A stretch of DNA of 64,000 nucleotides from Desulfatiglandales bacterium. GTDB lineage: Bacteria; Desulfobacterota; DSM-4660; Desulfatiglandales; Desulfatiglandaceae. The position numbers and the translations under genes were made by a program. The stretch spans positions 3,200,001-3,264,000 of the forward strand of contig OY762721.1 in the NCBI GenBank assembly GCA_963666345.1, in the 5' to 3' direction. Of the stretch, positions 1-10,413 are shown in pieces (positions within the stretch are counted from its first letter, which is position 1; each line of letters opens with the position of its first letter). The notes under the pieces are model-generated. The model had not been told where the DNA came from, did no database searches, and saw only the letters and a list, made by a program, of their open reading frames with translations.

Positions 1-1
1 G

Positions 2-151
2 GGCATGGAGGATACCTTTTATCTGGAAAAGGGGGTTCGGGCCAAGAGCAACAGGGAACTGGTGGAAAAAGCGGTTTCCATCATACGGCTTCTGGGCAAA
101 GAGCCTGCCACGCCCGATGAGGCAAGGCAGCTGCTTAATATCGGCTCCTGA
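2..151 (+). CDS. 3' end of a beta-keto acid cleavage enzyme (BKACE/DUF849, 3-keto-5-aminohexanoate cleavage family), truncated by the window edge
   Basis: Manual translation [49 protein letters not shown] matches the family C-terminal pattern G[LM]ED...SN.ELV...ATP.EAR..L. Confidence 0.8.
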   Translation, partial: GMEDTFYLEKGVRAKSNRELVEKAVSIIRLLGKEPATPDEARQLLNIGS

Positions 152-336
152 CTAGGTCCGTCCAGAGATTCAGGCCTTCACCCGCCGGGGCGAAAAAACG
201 GCAGGATCCTGCCGGTCGGCCGGACCGGAATTACCGAAGGGTTATCTTTCCGGGCTGGACCAGGTTTTTGTCGGCCTCACGGTTTATATGGGACAATCCC
301 GGCAGCACACACCGGGAAAAACGGTATGCGGACTTT

Positions 337-2313
337 TCAAAGCCCATTACAAGGGGCGGACGTTGCCATTATATGAAAGGCCTCCCTTTCCTTTTCACCC
401 CCTATAATTGCGATAAGGTCATCGGGCATTAAAACGAAATCCGCGTCAGGGTTCGGCCTTAGTTGACCTTCACGGACAATACCCACGATAGAGGCGCCTG
501 TTTTTTTTCGTATTTCGCTTTCTCCTATCGATTTTTGGATAATTCCGCTTTCCGGAGTTAAGCGGGTCCATTGCAGATCAAATTGTTGTTCGGCGCCTCG
601 AAGCTGGGACAGTATTTTGTAATTTTGGCCGTCCTTAAAAGAACAGGCATAAAGCTTCTGTCGAGCCGTATCGGTGCAGCGCTGAATTTCGGGCGGGGGA
701 ACCTGAAGACTGAGAAGCGACTGCCGTATCATCTCGAGGCTTGCCTCGAACTCCGGAAAGACAACACCTGAGACTCCCAAATCCATATACAAACTGAAAT
801 AATCCGGCCCCGATGTCCTGGCCACTATTGGGATTTGTTTGTTTAAGCGCTTTGAGTTGACTATAACCGATCTTGCCGCAACAAGCCCGGGGACCGTCAA
901 AATCAAAAGGGAAGCATTTTTGATATATCCCGCCTCAAGAACAATTTCGTTACCGGCATCGCCGTAAACGACCGCCATCCCTGCTCTTTTGGCCTGTTCA
1001 AAGCGTCTGTGGTCAAGTTCGATGAGCACAAATTGCCTGCCCAGGCGCTTCAGCGATTGTGCTATCTGAAAGCCTACATGCCCGCCTCCGGCTATGACTA
1101 CATGCCCGGAAAGTCCGGCATCGGGAATATTAGATTTCTCGAGCGTTTCATGGCAAAACCATCGTTTTTTAAATGCATATATCCTTGCGGTCTGGCCCGA
1201 GACGAGAGGGGTAAGTACCATTGTCAAGATTGTGGTGGTCAGCACCAGAGAGTAAAGATCTCTCCCAATCGAGTTTGTTGACAGGCCCACCCTTGCCAGA
1301 ACAAAGGAAAACTCACCGATTTGGAAAAGACCCAGTCCGACTGCCAGGGGTATTACATTCCCATATTTGAAAAAGCGAGCTATAAGCGCGAAGATAAATC
1401 CCTTGCCGATGCTTACAGCCAGAACCAGGACAAGGATTTGCTGAACATTTTTGAACATAAACATCGGGTCCAGAAGCATTCCGACCGAGGTGAAAAACAG
1501 CAAACCAAAAAGGTCCCGAAGCGGGACAATATCACTCAGTGCCTGGTAGCCGTAGTCCGATTCGCTTAGTACCATGCCTGCTACAAATGCGCCAAAGGCA
1601 AAGGAAAGCCCCATAATGTGCGTAACATATCCAACCCCCAGGCCGATGGCGGTTATTGCGAGTAAAAAAAGCTCCCTTGAACCGAGCTTGGCAATATGAG
1701 CCAGCAAATGCGGCAAAATTCTGGTTCCCAGTAAGATCATTCCAGCTATGAAGGCCGCAGCTTTCAGTACGGCTAAACCGAGGACAGGCAGTCCGACCCT
1801 CGGATCGTTGAGCTGAGGAAGAATTATCATCATCGGGACCACAGCCAGATCCTGTGCTATGAGCATCCCTATCATCACCTTGCTCGAAAGGGTTCCCAGC
1901 CAGCCTTGGTTCATAAGCGTTTTGAGGATAACCATGGTGCTCGAAAGGGAGATAAGCGCACCGAGCCATAGCGATGATTTCCAGTCCCACCCCATCAAAT
2001 GGCCGATAGCACTACCGAGGCCTATGGTAAGGATAATTTGTATGGGTGTCCCTATCAGGGCTACCTTCCTGACCGGTTTTAGATCTTTGAGTGAAAACTC
2101 CAGCCCGAGTGCGAACAGAAGAAGCGCAATCCCGATTTCGGCGAGCAATTCGATCTCTTGAATGTTTGAGACCGTGAGACCGCCGGTATATGGCCCCAGA
2201 ATAACCCCGGCCATGATATAGCCGAGGATTAATGGTTGACCGAGCCTTTGAAACAGCAGTCCGCAGAAAAATGCCGCAACGATAAGAAAGATGATGTCCG
2301 CCGCAATGCCCAT
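337..2313 (-). CDS. CPA2 cation:proton antiporter (Kef/YbaL-like) with TrkA-N and TrkA-C domains
   Basis: Multi-TM N-terminus ([39 protein letters not shown]), then Rossmann-like [11 protein letters not shown]...VYGDA and a C-terminal RCK_C ([17 protein letters not shown]). Confidence 0.9.
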   Translation of the reverse strand: MGIAADIIFLIVAAFFCGLLFQRLGQPLILGYIMAGVILGPYTGGLTVSNIQEIELLAEIGIALLLFALGLEFSLKDLKPVRKVALIGTPIQIILTIGLGSAIGHLMGWDWKSSLWLGALISLSSTMVILKTLMNQGWLGTLSSKVMIGMLIAQDLAVVPMMIILPQLNDPRVGLPVLGLAVLKAAAFIAGMILLGTRILPHLLAHIAKLGSRELFLLAITAIGLGVGYVTHIMGLSFAFGAFVAGMVLSESDYGYQALSDIVPLRDLFGLLFFTSVGMLLDPMFMFKNVQQILVLVLAVSIGKGFIFALIARFFKYGNVIPLAVGLGLFQIGEFSFVLARVGLSTNSIGRDLYSLVLTTTILTMVLTPLVSGQTARIYAFKKRWFCHETLEKSNIPDAGLSGHVVIAGGGHVGFQIAQSLKRLGRQFVLIELDHRRFEQAKRAGMAVVYGDAGNEIVLEAGYIKNASLLILTVPGLVAARSVIVNSKRLNKQIPIVARTSGPDYFSLYMDLGVSGVVFPEFEASLEMIRQSLLSLQVPPPEIQRCTDTARQKLYACSFKDGQNYKILSQLRGAEQQFDLQWTRLTPESGIIQKSIGESEIRKKTGASIVGIVREGQLRPNPDADFVLMPDDLIAIIGGEKEREAFHIMATSAPCNGL

Positions 2314-2415
2314 TAATTTATCCTGTCTGTTTTAAGCGTTACAAATATCCTGTGAGATCCGCCGGGGACAGTTCCGCGGTGGTCAACAAAAGACGACCTT
2401 CCAGAAATATAAGGC

Positions 2416-2832
2416 TTATGTTGAAATGCTATTTCCAGGACCGGTGGCCATGGATAAAAGTAAGTGAGCTGATTCATTTTTTTGTGTGCAGCAGATGATC
2501 TTTTCAAAGGCTGCCCGAATGGCTGTATCCTGATAGTAACGGGCCTTGGGTTGGGCGGGACTGTCCGCCATAAAGAGGATTGCCGCCTGCGGGTTGTGGA
2601 TAGCGATACCGGTATCCCCGGCATAACGGGCAGTAAGATCCGGATGGCTGGGAAAATCCTGAAAGGGAAACGGCCCGACCTGCAAGCCGGTGAATTTGTG
2701 GAACTGGCCATAGCGATAACCATTGATAGCGAAAACATGCTTTACGTCATGGCGCCGACAGTCGGCATAGCCCTTTTCACGCAGAATTGGATCTATCAGG
2801 TAATAACGGGTTTCAGCTTCGTTGCAGGTCAT
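2416..2832 (-). pseudogene. hsdR: Remnant of a type I restriction enzyme R subunit (HsdR-like)
   Basis: N-terminal NEAETRYYLIDPILREKGY and RYYQDTAIRAAFEKI...LLSMATG are recognisable. The nuclease segment appears deleted, Walker A is degraded (ATGPGNS) and a stop follows; 138 aa versus a normally much longer protein. Confidence 0.7.
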
Positions 2833-3220
2833 AAAACCTCCCAGTGGCCGCCCCTGGCCGGGCCGATGCGTCTCAGCATGGCTTTAGCCTTAAACTTCTT
2901 TATGTTCTCTTCAATTTTCCTGCTGGATATTCCAACAATTTTAGACAATTCTTTTGCGGAAACATGTGGATTATGAATAATTTCTTTAATGATTAATTGC
3001 TGATTTTGAGACAATTTTTCACCGACCTTTTTACAGGCTTTCAGTAAACCTTTGCAGTGAAAAGGCAACCGTCCCGGTCATCAGTAAAATCAGTCTCCGG
3101 GCAGGCCTCCAGTGCTCGCTTTACGCCGGAGCCGAACCCCCTGTAAGGCAGCAGCCCCTTTGCAACATATGAAACCAGTATGGAATTGGCCATAATGGGG
3201 TTGCCGGCCCGTTTTCTCAG
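2829..3220 (-). pseudogene. Remnant of an AlbA/Schlafen-RecG-C (HATPase_c_4) + HTH regulator
   Basis: Manual translation 3220->3041 gives RAGNPIMANSILVSYVAKGLLPYRGFGSGVKRALEACPETDFTDDRDGCLFTAKVY*. Another frame carries the C-terminal HTH (ELSKIVGISSRKIEENI...RIGPARGGHWEVL). Its stop overlaps the hsdR start (ATGA). Confidence 0.7.
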
Positions 3221-3869
3221 TTATTTAAAATGGTATAGCTCAAGTTCGGCGATCGGGCCGAATAATTCTATTTATATTGATCTATCGGGTAATATGTTAA
3301 AATTTTGGGACATAATCAAGGTGTTTCTATTTTATGAGAACCTGTTAGCGGCCTTCCCCGGCAGGGCACTCTCTTTCATATTGTTTACCTTGGTAAACAT
3401 ATTAAACCTAAATTGTTTACTTGTGAACTCATTTGGCTGTTCTTAACTCCAAATTATAGAGGTCTTTTAATCTGTAAACATTTGTTTCAACCGTATTTTT
3501 ATCTATCTTGCCCGTCAGGTGAAAGGAGGTATTTGTCACATATGATTTCCGTGATTTCGGGATGTAGCGGTGGCAGCCTAATCTGAATAAACAGTAAGGG
3601 GTGGAACGGTTCCGGAATCTCCACATCCCCATTATCGGATTTACGCAGCTTGTTCAATCCGGCTTGAATTCAATGCTGATTGGAATTTCGTTGGGTGAGC
3701 GATGCGGATTGTTAAACAAGTTGCTTTGCTCACCAGTAGTGAGCGCATATTTTTTTCAGCTTGGATCGCGGGTCGAACCGAAATAACCGGGTGAAATAAG
3801 ATTAAAAGACTGAGGCTTTGAGCGCTTTTCATGTCTTACCCCATCGGTTCGGATATTAAAATGGGGTGC

Positions 3870-4703
3870 CTAAGGTATGAAAACACTTTTCCCATCCCCA
3901 TCCGGCCGGTCGTTATCTGTCAATGCTTCGATCATCCCCATGGCCTCGAAGGCCGCCTCTACCAGGTCGTCGTCCCGGGACTTTGTGAAAGCATGGAGAT
4001 ACGTGCCCGCTTCATTGGGATTGACGGTCACAGAGGCGTCCATGGCGGCAATGAGTAGCCTTTTGTCCTCATCTTCAGCCTCCAGAATTCGCCTTACGGC
4101 TAGCCATGCCGCCTCGACTTCCCACGCCTCGGCCGCACGGACCGCATGATAGCGGAATTCCGGATCTTCGTTTTCCAGGGTCTCCAGAATCTGTTCGGAA
4201 AAACCGTCGACAAAGCGCATGCAGAAGACCGCCGTCAACCTCCACTCCCGGTCATCTTGGGCATAGGCCTCCCGGACCGCCTCCGGGTGCCATTGCTCGG
4301 GTGAACGCACAGACCCTTCGAGAATTTTCCGCCTTACAATTTTCGGCAGCTCCTGCGACATGTAAAGCGTCTGAAGGGTCGCCCGGATCTCATTGTACAG
4401 GGATTCGGAAACCAGGATATCGTCGGGGTCATCAAATCCCATGATAAAGGCGTTCTCAAGGGCTGTCCCCAGGGAGGTGGTCGCTTCGCTCCGCAGTTCG
4501 TCATCCTCAGTGTCGTCCTTCACGACTGCAAGCAGGGTCCCGGCCAGATCATCATTGATGACGGTGTAGTCTCCTGCCATAACCGCGGCGAGCACCCGCT
4601 CCGGTGTATCCAGTTCACGGTTCAGGATCACCTCCAGAAACACCCGGCCCGCATCCTCCGGCCACTCCCAGGGCGGAGTGTCTTTAAGCCGCTTAAGATC
4701 CAT
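3870..4703 (-). CDS. Acidic HEAT/PBS-lyase-like repeat protein
   Basis: 277 aa ORF with RBS (GGAGG) and helical repeats such as LENEDPEFRYHAVRAA and TKSRDDDLVEAAFEAMG. Confidence 0.65.
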   Translation of the reverse strand: MDLKRLKDTPPWEWPEDAGRVFLEVILNRELDTPERVLAAVMAGDYTVINDDLAGTLLAVVKDDTEDDELRSEATTSLGTALENAFIMGFDDPDDILVSESLYNEIRATLQTLYMSQELPKIVRRKILEGSVRSPEQWHPEAVREAYAQDDREWRLTAVFCMRFVDGFSEQILETLENEDPEFRYHAVRAAEAWEVEAAWLAVRRILEAEDEDKRLLIAAMDASVTVNPNEAGTYLHAFTKSRDDDLVEAAFEAMGMIEALTDNDRPDGDGKSVFIP

Positions 4704-4828
4704 GACGTTCCCTCCTTCTCATTCAATCTTGGCCCTTTTATTTAGATGAATTCTTTTGGAGATTATCGATGAAAACTATATTATCCTGTTTTTAATCAGT
4801 ATGGTAGTACAAACTGAAAAGGAACGAT

Positions 4829-5737
4829 TTACGTCATGGATTCATCCTGTTCACTGGACACCATCTCATAGGCCGCCGATGAGGCTTTATCATAAATGAT
4901 CTCAAGCGCTTCTGAAAGATCAGTGTCTCCTCGCCAGAATGGAAAAGGGCCGAGTCGCTTGGGTAGAACTGCAGGAATCAAAGGAATAACGGCATCAAAA
5001 GGCCCTGCAAATGATGCCTTTACCGGATGCCAGAAGTCCACCGGCTTTTGAGGCAGGGGATCCGGCAGTGCATCCAGGCTGTCTGGGACCGGAGACGGGG
5101 AATCTTTCCCCTTTAATGACCCTTCTTCGAGTAGTTCGAAAAAGGCCTTCCGTCCCATGCCCCGGATCCGGAAAAGGAGAAAGGGGTCATTGTCAAACTG
5201 TTCGGCCAGGAGGTAATAGACCGCTGCGATATGCTTACAGGGATTGGACCAGTCCGGGCAGGAACATTCGGTACGAAGGTCTCCGTGCCTTTCCGGGAAA
5301 AGAGTCAGTCTGTTTTCTTCGAAAATCTCCTCCATGGCCTGGGGCATGTTGCCGGAAAGGAGGCGGGCCAGGTGGATAGGGCGCTTTTTCAGGCTCTCGG
5401 CAATTTTTTTCCATCCGGGCCGGTTGATACGTTTCAGCCGTATAGTGACCTGATAGGCCTCTGACCGGGAGCCCTGCACCCTTGCACGGATTTCCCCCTT
5501 GCGGATATCAAGATCCGCCACCTGCCCCCGCCGGGCATAAGACCGGCCCCTCACCAGTCTCGCACCGATCTGAAAGGATTCCAGGACTTCGATCCACCGT
5601 TTTCCCCACCACTCCCTGACAAACCCTCCACGCCGGGTCTGGGCCTTGATGCCGCCCCGCACTGCCCTGGGAGTTGTGGGCTCGTACCAGAAATAGCCTC
5701 TGTATCGGTTTCTTGCCATATTAATCTCCTGCGGCAT
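4829..5737 (-). CDS. SWIM zinc finger protein
   Basis: CSCPDWSNPCKHIAAV (CxC-x5-CxH) plus RLVRGRSYARRGQV and DPFLLFRIRG motifs; overlaps the end of the SNF2 gene. Confidence 0.9.
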   Translation of the reverse strand: MPQEINMARNRYRGYFWYEPTTPRAVRGGIKAQTRRGGFVREWWGKRWIEVLESFQIGARLVRGRSYARRGQVADLDIRKGEIRARVQGSRSEAYQVTIRLKRINRPGWKKIAESLKKRPIHLARLLSGNMPQAMEEIFEENRLTLFPERHGDLRTECSCPDWSNPCKHIAAVYYLLAEQFDNDPFLLFRIRGMGRKAFFELLEEGSLKGKDSPSPVPDSLDALPDPLPQKPVDFWHPVKASFAGPFDAVIPLIPAVLPKRLGPFPFWRGDTDLSEALEIIYDKASSAAYEMVSSEQDESMT

Positions 5738-8700
5738 CCTTTCCGAGCTGTATCAAATCATTGAGTTCATCATTCGATATTTCCGTGAGCCAGGCCTCTC
5801 CCGCTCCCACCACTTGGTCCGCCACGGCCGTCTTGCGCTCGATCAGGTCATCGATCCGTTCCTCAAGAGTTCCCGCGCAGAGGAATTTGTGGACCTGCAC
5901 CGAACGGATCTGCCCGATTCTGAAGGCCCTGTCCGTGGCCTGGTTTTCCACGGCCGGATTCCACCACCGGTCAAAATGAAAGACATGATTGGCCCGGGTT
6001 AGATTCAGTCCGGTTCCGCCTGCTTTGAGTGAGAGAATGAAAAACGGCGGTGCATCATCGGCCTCCTGAAACCGTTCGATCATCCGGTCCCTCTGCTTCC
6101 TGGAAACCCCTCCATGCAGGAAAAGGGCCTCCAGGCCGAAGGTTTCCTGAAGGTGGCGTTTCAGGATTTCTCCCATCTCCGTAAACTGGGTGAACAGCAG
6201 GGATCGCTCTCCTGCTTCAAGTATCTCCTCCAAAAGTTCCTCCAGCCGACCCAACTTTCCGGACCTGCCCGAAGCTTCGGATCGGTCTTTCAGAAAGTGT
6301 GCGGGATGATTGCATACCTGTTTGAGCCGGGTCAGAAGGGAAAGGACAAGACCTCTTCGCTGCATGCCCTCGGCCTCGGCCAAGGCCTGCTTCATTTCCC
6401 TGATAACGGCCGCGTAGAGCGTGGCCTGCTCCCGGGTCAGTGTACAGAAGACCTTGGTTTCCACTTTTTTCGGGAGGTCGGAGATGATGGAGGTGTCTGT
6501 TTTAAGGCGTCGCAGGACAAAAGGGCTTGTCAGCCGCTTGAGTCTGGCAGCGGTTTCACGGTCACCTCTGCTCTGGATGGGGTTGAAAAAGAGTTCCTTG
6601 AAGGCCTTCCGGTTCCCAAGGAGTCCCGGATTCAGGAAATCCATGACAGCCCAGAGGTCCCCTACGTGATTTTCTACCGGCGTCCCGGTCAGGGCCACAC
6701 GGAAATGTGCATCCAGGTTTCGTGCGGCCCGAGATTGTTTTGTTTCAGGATTCTTTATGTTCTGGGCCTCATCCAGGATGACTCCGGCCCATTGAACCTG
6801 TTGCAGGGTTTTCAGATCCCTGTGAAGGAGCCCGTAGCTGGATATGACAGCGGCGCTATTCGTAACAGCTTTCGTGAAGGCTTTGCCTTTGTCCCGATCC
6901 TGGCCATGATGTACGAGCACGTCCATTTGGGGTGTAAATTTTTGTGCTTCCCGCTGCCAGTTATTGACAACGGAGGTTGGGCAGATGATCAGAAACGGCC
7001 TCGTTTCTCCATGTTCCCTTGCATTGGCCATAAGGGCCAGGGTCTGGATGGTTTTCCCCAGGCCCATGTCATCCGCTAGGCAGGCCCCGAGGCCCCAGTT
7101 CCTGAGAAACGTCAGCCATGTATAACCTCTTATCTGATAGGGCCTCAGCTCTCCCTCGAGAGTTTCCGGCGGGCCGAGGTCTTTAATGGGTTTACTGCCT
7201 TCCAGGTGTTCCAGCAGATCACCGATCCAGCCGGTCGCTCTGACACCCTTGAAGGGAAGCCCTTCAACCCGTTCTACAGCACCCAGTGCCATGAGCAGGA
7301 TGTCCCGGACGGATGCCTCTTCGTCCTGCCGTTTTTCCCAGAAGGCGGCCGCGGCTCTAAGCTGTTCGGCATCCAGTTCCACCCATTCGCCCCGGACCCG
7401 GACAAGGGAAGCCTTCATCTTTGCCATGGCAGTGAACTCTTCCGCTGTCAGGGCCTGCCCGCCCAGGGCAATCTCCCAGTCGAATCGGATAATATTGTCC
7501 AACCCCAGCTGGCTCTCGGTCTGCATGTCCTTGCTTTGGACTCGTGCTCCTAGGGAAAGACGGGTCTTTGCACCCTTCTCCGTCCACCAGGCCGGGAGAA
7601 TAACCCCGAAACCGGCGGATTCGAGAATCGGCGCATGGTCCCTTAGAAACGCATAAGCCCCTGAACCGTTCGTGTCGAACCCTGCGGGGTATTCGGATTC
7701 CAGGCTCCCTTCTACCCCCGGGCAGAGTCCGGATGCCTGCCCAAGAGATGTGTACAAAAACTCCTGAAGACCTTTGCCGTATCGCCGCAACATCCTGAAA
7801 GACGGGTTTTCGGGATCCCATACCTCTTCCGCAGGAACAATCAGGCTTCGATCTTCACGGGGCTGAACCAGATACCGTACCCGCCACGGATCATCATCCC
7901 CGCCCACGGAATCCGAAACCGTGGTTTCCCGGCTTTCTGTTGGCTCTTCAAGGCGAAAACAGAGGCGGAACGGTGATTGGGAGACCGTCCGGATCGGCCC
8001 CTGCCACCTTTGAAGATTTTGTATAAGAAAATCTAGCTGTTCGGGTTCTTCCCATTCCAGAGAAGGATTCGAACTCTTCAGGGTATGAATCCAAGCATCA
8101 TGGATGCTTCCGAAAGATGGTTTTTTTCGCCTTCCCGAACCACGTCCCGCTTCATGGTTCGATGCATCCCGGACAAGGCGGTCCAGCATGGAGGCAATGA
8201 ACTCGTAGCATGTCAACCGTGCCGATGTTTCTGGAGGATCAGCCTCATCCGGATTGGTCAGGCATCGGGCTGACGGCGGCATGTCGCCGCACCATTCCTC
8301 CCGGAACGATTCATCCCGGATTTCGAAGACCGGTTCCCACCGGGCCTGATATCCGTGCTCTTTTTTCAGCAGGCCCGGCAGATAGGCCTGTTTGGTCACA
8401 AGGGATCCTGCGAACCTAAGACCAGCGGTCCACCACCGAAGATCCGTACCCGGAAGTATCCCCCTGGCCAGAAGCCGTTTTCCTGCACAAAGGCAAAGAA
8501 AGTCCCGGGATTCTTCAAAGGTCAACAGACGTGCGGTAACGGTCCAGGGGTGAAGGGCGGTTCTGGTCTCGGGATCGGGGAATTCCCCGAGCAAAGGAGA
8601 GGAAGGGACAGGCCTGTTTTCCGCGGTGGGAAGCCAGGCTGAAAGGGTTTGTGTCCTTTTCTTTGAGACCGGAAGCTCTGCTGAAAAGGCCTTCAGGGCC

Positions 8701-8852
8701 TCCCTCAGCCCTTTGATACCTGTATCAAGCGGATGGGGCTCAGGCCGGCCGATGCGCCCGGGATGACCTTCAAGATTTCCGGACAAATTCGATGATTTTT
8801 CCCCCCAGAGATACAGGTTTCCTTCAAACCATGCGGCATGCAGTATGATCAT
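5721..8852 (-). CDS. SNF2/SWI2-family helicase-like ATPase (DUF3670-type)
   Basis: LRPYQ, LADDMGLGKT, DEAQNIKN, LTGTPVEN, SLKAGGTGLNLT, DRWWNPAVENQATDRAFRIGQ motifs. Confidence 0.95.
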   Translation of the reverse strand: MIILHAAWFEGNLYLWGEKSSNLSGNLEGHPGRIGRPEPHPLDTGIKGLREALKAFSAELPVSKKRTQTLSAWLPTAENRPVPSSPLLGEFPDPETRTALHPWTVTARLLTFEESRDFLCLCAGKRLLARGILPGTDLRWWTAGLRFAGSLVTKQAYLPGLLKKEHGYQARWEPVFEIRDESFREEWCGDMPPSARCLTNPDEADPPETSARLTCYEFIASMLDRLVRDASNHEAGRGSGRRKKPSFGSIHDAWIHTLKSSNPSLEWEEPEQLDFLIQNLQRWQGPIRTVSQSPFRLCFRLEEPTESRETTVSDSVGGDDDPWRVRYLVQPREDRSLIVPAEEVWDPENPSFRMLRRYGKGLQEFLYTSLGQASGLCPGVEGSLESEYPAGFDTNGSGAYAFLRDHAPILESAGFGVILPAWWTEKGAKTRLSLGARVQSKDMQTESQLGLDNIIRFDWEIALGGQALTAEEFTAMAKMKASLVRVRGEWVELDAEQLRAAAAFWEKRQDEEASVRDILLMALGAVERVEGLPFKGVRATGWIGDLLEHLEGSKPIKDLGPPETLEGELRPYQIRGYTWLTFLRNWGLGACLADDMGLGKTIQTLALMANAREHGETRPFLIICPTSVVNNWQREAQKFTPQMDVLVHHGQDRDKGKAFTKAVTNSAAVISSYGLLHRDLKTLQQVQWAGVILDEAQNIKNPETKQSRAARNLDAHFRVALTGTPVENHVGDLWAVMDFLNPGLLGNRKAFKELFFNPIQSRGDRETAARLKRLTSPFVLRRLKTDTSIISDLPKKVETKVFCTLTREQATLYAAVIREMKQALAEAEGMQRRGLVLSLLTRLKQVCNHPAHFLKDRSEASGRSGKLGRLEELLEEILEAGERSLLFTQFTEMGEILKRHLQETFGLEALFLHGGVSRKQRDRMIERFQEADDAPPFFILSLKAGGTGLNLTRANHVFHFDRWWNPAVENQATDRAFRIGQIRSVQVHKFLCAGTLEERIDDLIERKTAVADQVVGAGEAWLTEISNDELNDLIQLGKDAAGD

Positions 8853-9531
8853 AGTCAGTTTCCGTTCAGTTTGGTCCTGTCAATAAGAGTGTGAAGAGAC
8901 TGCCGTGAGACACAAAAAAGCATACAAAAAACAAACGGCAATTTCAATCCCCTTCCGCGCTCTTTCAAGAACGCGAATAAAGAGAAAAAGTACCTGTTTC
9001 CTTTTTTATCCGCCTTTGCAGGAGACCCAGCATTTACCCGTAGGGCTCCATTCGTTTTCAACGATTTCCCAGGCTGTTTCTGTTTTCTCCTTGTCAATAA
9101 GGAACCGTACGCCCTGGTTGTCCTACTGATTCAGCCATAGCATCTGGCGAAATATTTGCTCCGCCTTGGCCTACAGAGCTTTGTGGTATCAGCTGGAATG
9201 CCCGGTTGGACAAAAGAACATGAATCTCTATTATGGGGTTTTTATGCAAATGAAGATTTGAAACTGTTGTGCTCAGCCATTCGCTGTAAAGCTCCAATTT
9301 CTGCAATAATTAGTCGGCTACTGTCCACTGAATGTGTTGATCCCTAAAAGAACCGACCTGTTACACAAGGAAAGCTCGCTCTCTATGTTTTTCTAATGAA
9401 AAGGAGGAAGAACGGCGGTAGCTGGATTGTTTGGTTTTTCACACGCACACTCGAAACCCATAATTTAAGATGGGTTATGCGTGAATGTGTCAAATTAGGC
9501 AGGTAGAGCAACGGTTTTTCTAGGACGAAGA

Positions 9532-9597
9532 CTTTGACTTGACATTCTTGCATATAATCCATAACATTACTATGGGTAATATGGAATAAAGTCAAAG
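9532..9597 (+). promoter_or_regulatory. Putative sigma70 promoter with overlapping inverted-repeat operator of the abiE operon
   Basis: TTGACA(9539)-17 nt-TAACAT(9562). Inner IR CATATAATCCATA/TATGGGTAATATG (11/13 match) and outer IR CTTTGACTT/AAGTCAAAG. Confidence 0.6.
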
Positions 9598-9606
9598 GTG
9601 CAGTCG

Positions 9607-10413
9607 ATGAAACATGACGCGTTTTTCCGAAAACACCCGGTTTTTAACGGAAAAGAGTTGACCGACCATTTGTCGTCCCTGGGTGATGTAGGCGGACGAG
9701 CGCAGGAGGCACTTCTTGCCTATCACCGGAAGGCCGGTCGGGTTGTCCGGGTGCGACGAGGATTGTATGCCGTTATCCCTCCGGGGGCTGACCCTGATTC
9801 CTATCCGGTGGATCCTTTTCTCGTTGCCGCTAAGTTGACGCCGGATGCGGTGCTGTCGCACCATACCGCGCTCGAGTTCCACGGAAAGGCTTACTCGGTT
9901 TATACGCACCTCACCTACTCGGCATCCCGCCCCATCGGACCTTTGACATTTCGTACGCACGTTTTCCGGGGAGCGAAGTTTCGTCAAGCGCTTCTACTTC
10001 AGGGGAAAGAACATTTCGGTGTTTCGATCGCGGAGCGATCAGGCCAAGAGTTGAGCGTTACAAGCCTTGAACGGACCTTGGTCGATGTGTTGGATCGTCC
10101 AGACCTCTCAGGAAGCTGGGAGGAAATATGGCGGTCGCTTGAGTCCGTCGAATTCTTCGACCTCGACAAGGTCGTGGCGTGTGCACGCCTGCTCGGAAAT
10201 GCGACCACCGGGGCGAAGGTGGGGTTCTTTCTTGATCAGCACCGCAAAACATTAATGGTGGAGGACCGACATCTCAATTTACTTTACGACATGCGCCCAA
10301 GGCAGCCTCATTACATGAACCGTTCAAAGCGGAAATCCGGTCGATTCGTGTCGGAATGGAACCTGGTAGTTCCGAGGGAAGTCCTCGAACGGTCCTGGGG
10401 GGAGGTGTTATGA
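9607..10413 (+). CDS. Type IV toxin-antitoxin AbiEi-family antitoxin / transcriptional regulator
   Basis: wHTH N-terminus (GRVVRVRRGLY), LSHHTALEFHG and VTSLERTLVDVLDRPDLSG motifs; ATGA overlap with the toxin gene. ATG 9607 preferred over GTG 9598. Confidence 0.85.
   Translation: MKHDAFFRKHPVFNGKELTDHLSSLGDVGGRAQEALLAYHRKAGRVVRVRRGLYAVIPPGADPDSYPVDPFLVAAKLTPDAVLSHHTALEFHGKAYSVYTHLTYSASRPIGPLTFRTHVFRGAKFRQALLLQGKEHFGVSIAERSGQELSVTSLERTLVDVLDRPDLSGSWEEIWRSLESVEFFDLDKVVACARLLGNATTGAKVGFFLDQHRKTLMVEDRHLNLLYDMRPRQPHYMNRSKRKSGRFVSEWNLVVPREVLERSWGEVL

Noticed and set aside
6114..7079. Long antisense ORFs (also 11904-12647, 22736-23416, 56072-56677)
   Set aside because: They shadow well-supported genes on the opposite strand and show no recognisable motifs
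8855..9530. Short ORFs between the SNF2 gene and abiEi (also 3430-3830 and 57595-57828)
   Set aside because: No recognisable domains or convincing RBS; cannot be supported as genes from sequence alone
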